Assembly: GCA_030704615.1 (NCBI GenBank)
Contig: CM060731.1
Coordinates: 11,222,001 to 11,286,000, forward strand
DNA: 64,000 nt
Direction of reading: 5' to 3'
Source of the DNA: Takakia lepidozioides
Lineage: Eukaryota; Plantae; Bryophyta
Both the position numbers and the translations under genes were made by a program. The notes below the pieces were generated by a model. That model searched no databases and was not told the DNA's origin. It saw only the letters and a list, made by a program, of their open reading frames with translations. Below are positions 59,855 through 64,000 of the stretch, piece after piece (position 1 is the stretch's first letter; each line of letters begins with the position of its first letter).

Positions 59855-60180
59855 CAACCCAGCTGCAAAACCAAGCCAGTCTATACAGGAGCAAGTAGAT
59901 GCGGCAGCCATCGACTCTTTGAGAGCACACAGGGAGGGATTGAAGCTCTCTCGCACCAAGATGCGCAAGCAAGCACATGGGAACACTATTGGGAACCACA
60001 CAATAGTGGGGAGCTTAGGGAACGTAGGGTTCTTTTCGACCGTCCGATCGCATGAATCGACAGGTAAATACGAGAGCCAAAACCCTCAAGCGAGAGAAGA
60101 GTCAGAGAAGGCGGGTGCAGAGAAGAGGAAAGACGGAAGAGCGATTTGGTTTCCAGTTCTTGTTCTCGTTGTGATCGATC

Positions 60181-61473
60181 ATGAGTAAATCAGGCCAGCC
60201 TCCGGATCTGAAGAAGTAAGTTGCACCCCCGCTCTTCTTCTCCTGGATTCTTTTTTTGATTATTCTGGTCTTCTTGTTATGTTTCATGAGGTTGGGTTTT
60301 CACCAGGCAATGCACAGCATATTGGTTTGGGGATTTTTACTACCATACTTGCACTTGTAAGTCGAGGACATCTGATCGTGGTTTCCTTGGAGGCTTCGGT
60401 AACCTCTGGCTCTGAAGACTAGCAAGCTCTTATCACTGTCGCCTCCGGATGAGATCATTTTAAGGTTATTGGCTAATTTGTGATGGGCCACGGGGGTTTG
60501 TATGCAGGTACATGGACAAGAGACTCAACAGTGAGTCCCCGTGCTGCGTTTACTTCTTCATTTTTGTTAGTATACAGTGTGGATATCTTAAAGTTTTTTC
60601 CTCTCAGAGTTGCATGTTCGTACTGTGTTTTCCTGGTCTTCTTTCAACCGTGTGCAACTGTGTGTTTATGAAAAGTTGTGACTTATGAGGAGTGACTTGC
60701 GTAAGATATTGAGGTAATGTGGTGAGATTAGCCATTATCAGCAACAGTTTTGCAGTACATTGTTCCAGATGATGAGTAAGCTACAGCTGTGACCAACACT
60801 GTCTTGTTGTTGTTTATCGGTCTTTCTGTTGTTTGATCATGCAGCTTTTACATTGTGATCAAACTCTGATGTCTCTCAGTGAGGGTCTGCATAAGTTGTG
60901 CAGTCTTGGTTTGACTAACTAGGTTCTTACATTTGGATTCCTCGCAGTAAAGCTGAATGCAAACAGGAATGTGGTGGGAGTGCTGAGGGGGTTTGACCAA
61001 TTCATGAACCTGGTGCTTGACAACACTGTGGAGATCAATGGCAACGATAAGAATGAGATTGGCATGGTGGTATGGCCCCTTTTGTTTCTCAGGCAGGAAT
61101 ATTTTACTGTGAATGCTGAAGAAGAGAGGTGCTCTCTTTTTCATACAGGGCGAGTTAAACTCCTGCACAGTTTTTTGTCCATAAAGCAACAGTCCATAAG
61201 AATGTCTCTCTGCCATTTGTCTAAGACAGCAACCTAGATTGTTCTAATACAAGAGGGGTGTCCGTCCACCCGGAAGAGCTCCATACACAAGAATCAGTCC
61301 TGGCATCAAGTGAGTTGGTGATGAGTGTATTAATTAGGGGTTCTGGTGGATTTCCCACAGAACACTTCATGGTTGTTTTAAATTTGACATTGAGTTTGGT
61401 TTGCGTGCAGGTCATACGAGGAAACAGTGTTGTGATGATCGAAGCTCTTGATACTGTCATCAATGCTAGGTAG
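60181..61473 (+). CDS. SmG: Small nuclear ribonucleoprotein G (80 aa); exons 60181-60215, 60508-60530, 60948-61069, 61411-61473
   Basis: Spliced product [65 protein letters not shown]; 243 nt, GT-AG introns. Confidence 0.96.
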
Positions 61474-64000
61474 TTTCCATAGCAGAGGAGGCGCATTGCA
61501 TCATAGACTGCTCTAACCACTACAAAACCTCCTCTTCTTGTCTCCGTAAAGAGGTGGCCAATATGAAATGAGTATGGTGCATGGGCAGCACTGGATATAC
61601 GCACAGGTTGGTTGCCAGATTTGCCATGTTTTGTTATGGTTATTGACTTGATTTGCGGAACTCAAAAAATGCAAAATCCCCTCGGGTGGTGTCCCATGAG
61701 CCTTGTGCTCTACATCTCATGGTGAGAAAGAGGTTGTTTTCTCCTCTCACTATAATTAAGGGGCCTGATTTGTGAGTGGTTGCTCCCAGCTGTTTCTTTT
61801 CCAGAAGAAAAGCAATCCAGTTGTAAATTTGATGACCTCTTCTTTACTAACTATTTGGATCCTGAAATAGTATTTTTCATGGATTTATCATCATATATTC
61901 TTTGTACGGATGGTTTCATAGTTGACTAACCTGTGATAGAACATGTTTCATATTAGACTAACCTGATAGAACATGGTTTCAGACTTCAGACTGAGTTAGC
62001 TGAGTGGGCTTAAGCGCAAGGTTCCATGGGCACTCTCAATTGCCCCCCAAGAAACCGCTCCAGGATGGAATTGCCCCTTCAAAACAGAAGTGGGGTTCCA
62101 TGGACCAGCCCCCTCCGGAAAATGTTCTGCCCTTCTAATCTTAAATCCACTCCCTTCTTTCCACAGCCTGGCAGAAGAAAGAAACGGCTGCTGCTGGCCT
62201 TCCCAAAAAAGAAGGAAAAAAAAATGGAATGTCTTATGTTGAAGATGGCTACTAACTGCTCCATGTTGACTAAAATGAAATTGTTGTATCCTCTATGAAG
62301 AAAAGCTTGTAAATTATTTTATGAAAAACAGAAACCCAAAATTGTCCATGGACCATGTTGCTCACAAAAGTCAGGCTACATATTTGAGATTTCGATTGTT
62401 GATTGTGAGGAAATCCCTAGTTTCACAGGTCTATGATGGGATGAATCCATCCCCCCCTTTCTTATCGCACAGTAGCCTTAGATACCCTTGCCCCATGAAG
62501 GTTTCATTGCCATCATCAACTCAAATGACAAGGCACAACTTCAGAAAACATCTTACAACTTCTTCGAAGACAAGTGTCTTGTGTAGGCTTCCAACGACTC
62601 CAGGTCCTCAAAACAGAAAGGAGACTACCATGGTATATTAGAGAAAGAAATAAGACAAAAATGTACGTTACTCATGGCCATAGACCCCACGCATAGTTTG
62701 GGTGGAAGAAGAGGGAACAGACATTTGTGATGAGCTCAATGAGGGTACCTTAGTTATATAAACAATTGGTTTGGGCTTTCCAGACTTCCTCTAGAAAGCG
62801 TTTTACACAAGCATCAATCTGTTATATGCCAGCAATTATACCCTAACAAAACCCACGGCTTAACCCATGAGTCCACCATGGCTCAAGCTAAACTTGCATC
62901 TAAGACCTGCTTACATTAGCCAAAACTACAAACTACTTTGCAGAAATCGAAATATTGCACCAAAAAATCCAAGCTAATTGGATCCTGCTGAGAAGTGATA
63001 AAGACACTTCAGATAGGATGCATGTCATCCACCATGTGTTATGAGGCTTTTGCTTGAGTCACTATTCACAAGAATTACAGGAATTTCAGTACAAGCAAGG
63101 CCCATGGGCGCCTGGTTCTTGATAACAAATAAAACCAACTAAGATTTCTATCACCTGCAGCCTATTTACAAATGCACAGTACCGGGCTGCTCTCCCGGTC
63201 CACCCAACCACCGCACCGTGCTATCTATGTGTACATCATTAGGCTAATTTAAATCTGCTCAAGCCTGTCACAGCACCATCTCAATTCCAGTTTGTGATCT
63301 CACTCCATTCTCTCTGTCCTTGACATCAGAAAATCCCTAGCCTTCCATCGCCTTCATGCTCACGAACTTGCTTGCCTCATCCTGCAACTGTCGGTTCATC
63401 GAAACTCTAGCGGTCGTCGTTGATTCAAACTGGTTCACAATTCTACTTTCATTCCCGGCACCTAACAAGCTCCCCCCTCCCAAAGACAGAAAACGAAGAA
63501 TAATTTGAAAAATGGCAAAGTGGGCTTTCCTGGGCCAATGGCACAGGCTACCCTAGTGGTGATAATGACGAGAGATTCTGGTTGGCCCTCTGCCCTGTGC
63601 CCTCGCAGCAGCTTCCGCTCTCTCAGCTCGCAGTTCTGTCGAAGCTGCGAGACAACCTCTGCTCGCTCTATCTCTTTGCACGCTCTCTCTCCGCCGTTGG
63701 ATCGACGATCCAACGCCCCCCTCCCAAAAACAAACACCCAAACTCAATTATTTATTATCCAGCTTACATGTGTGATAGAGTCCCGGGGATATTTACTTGA
63801 AAATTCTTATATGTTCTAGACACTTTTTTATATTATTTTGTACTTGATAGTACTTTTGCTTATCCAAACCCCTATACCCTGAACCTCATTCAAATGTTTG
63901 AAGTTCATTCAAATCATTTTTCCAGCTTTGGATATAATACAATGATTAAAATATCATTTGATTGAATATTTTTATAGGTATGCATAAACTGTCATGCATA

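Noticed and set aside
62026-63819. Gene at the right end of the window
   Set aside because: Only short ORFs with no recognisable motifs or consistent exon chain.

Overview
Eukaryotic land-plant nuclear DNA: spliced GT-AG genes, PLS-DYW PPR genes and a family-1 UGT, a profile compatible with a seed-free plant. The first ~28 kb is a stack of nested transposons, and most junctions can be resolved to the base. The outermost is a decayed minus-strand LTR retroelement (gag remnant plus a ~2.8-kb LTR). It carries (i) a 5'-truncated RLE-type (Dualen/RandI-like) LINE at 525-3491 with chromodomain, PCIF1-like adenine-MTase-like, RNase H, CCHC and RLE domains; (ii) a young full-length Ty3/gypsy element at 3771-24598 (GTTCA TSD) with an extra ORF that starts inside the LTR and a ~1180-aa extra ORF after integrase; and (iii) a MITE. 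The gypsy extra ORF is split by a 7.4-kb Mutator-like element (15373-22802, 9-bp TSD). That element has no visible DDE transposase. It carries three orphan or SWIM genes and arrays of the palindrome GATGAATTTCGGCGCCGAAATTCATC spaced at near-integer helical turns. The rest holds a DYW-PPR pseudogene, a CACTA remnant, a 5-exon UGT with an RTE-like LINE in its last intron, a SAM-like plus zinc-finger gene, an intact PLS-DYW PPR gene flanked by PPR fragments, a DUF1295 gene and SmG. Domain calls come from motif recognition by eye; no searches were run.
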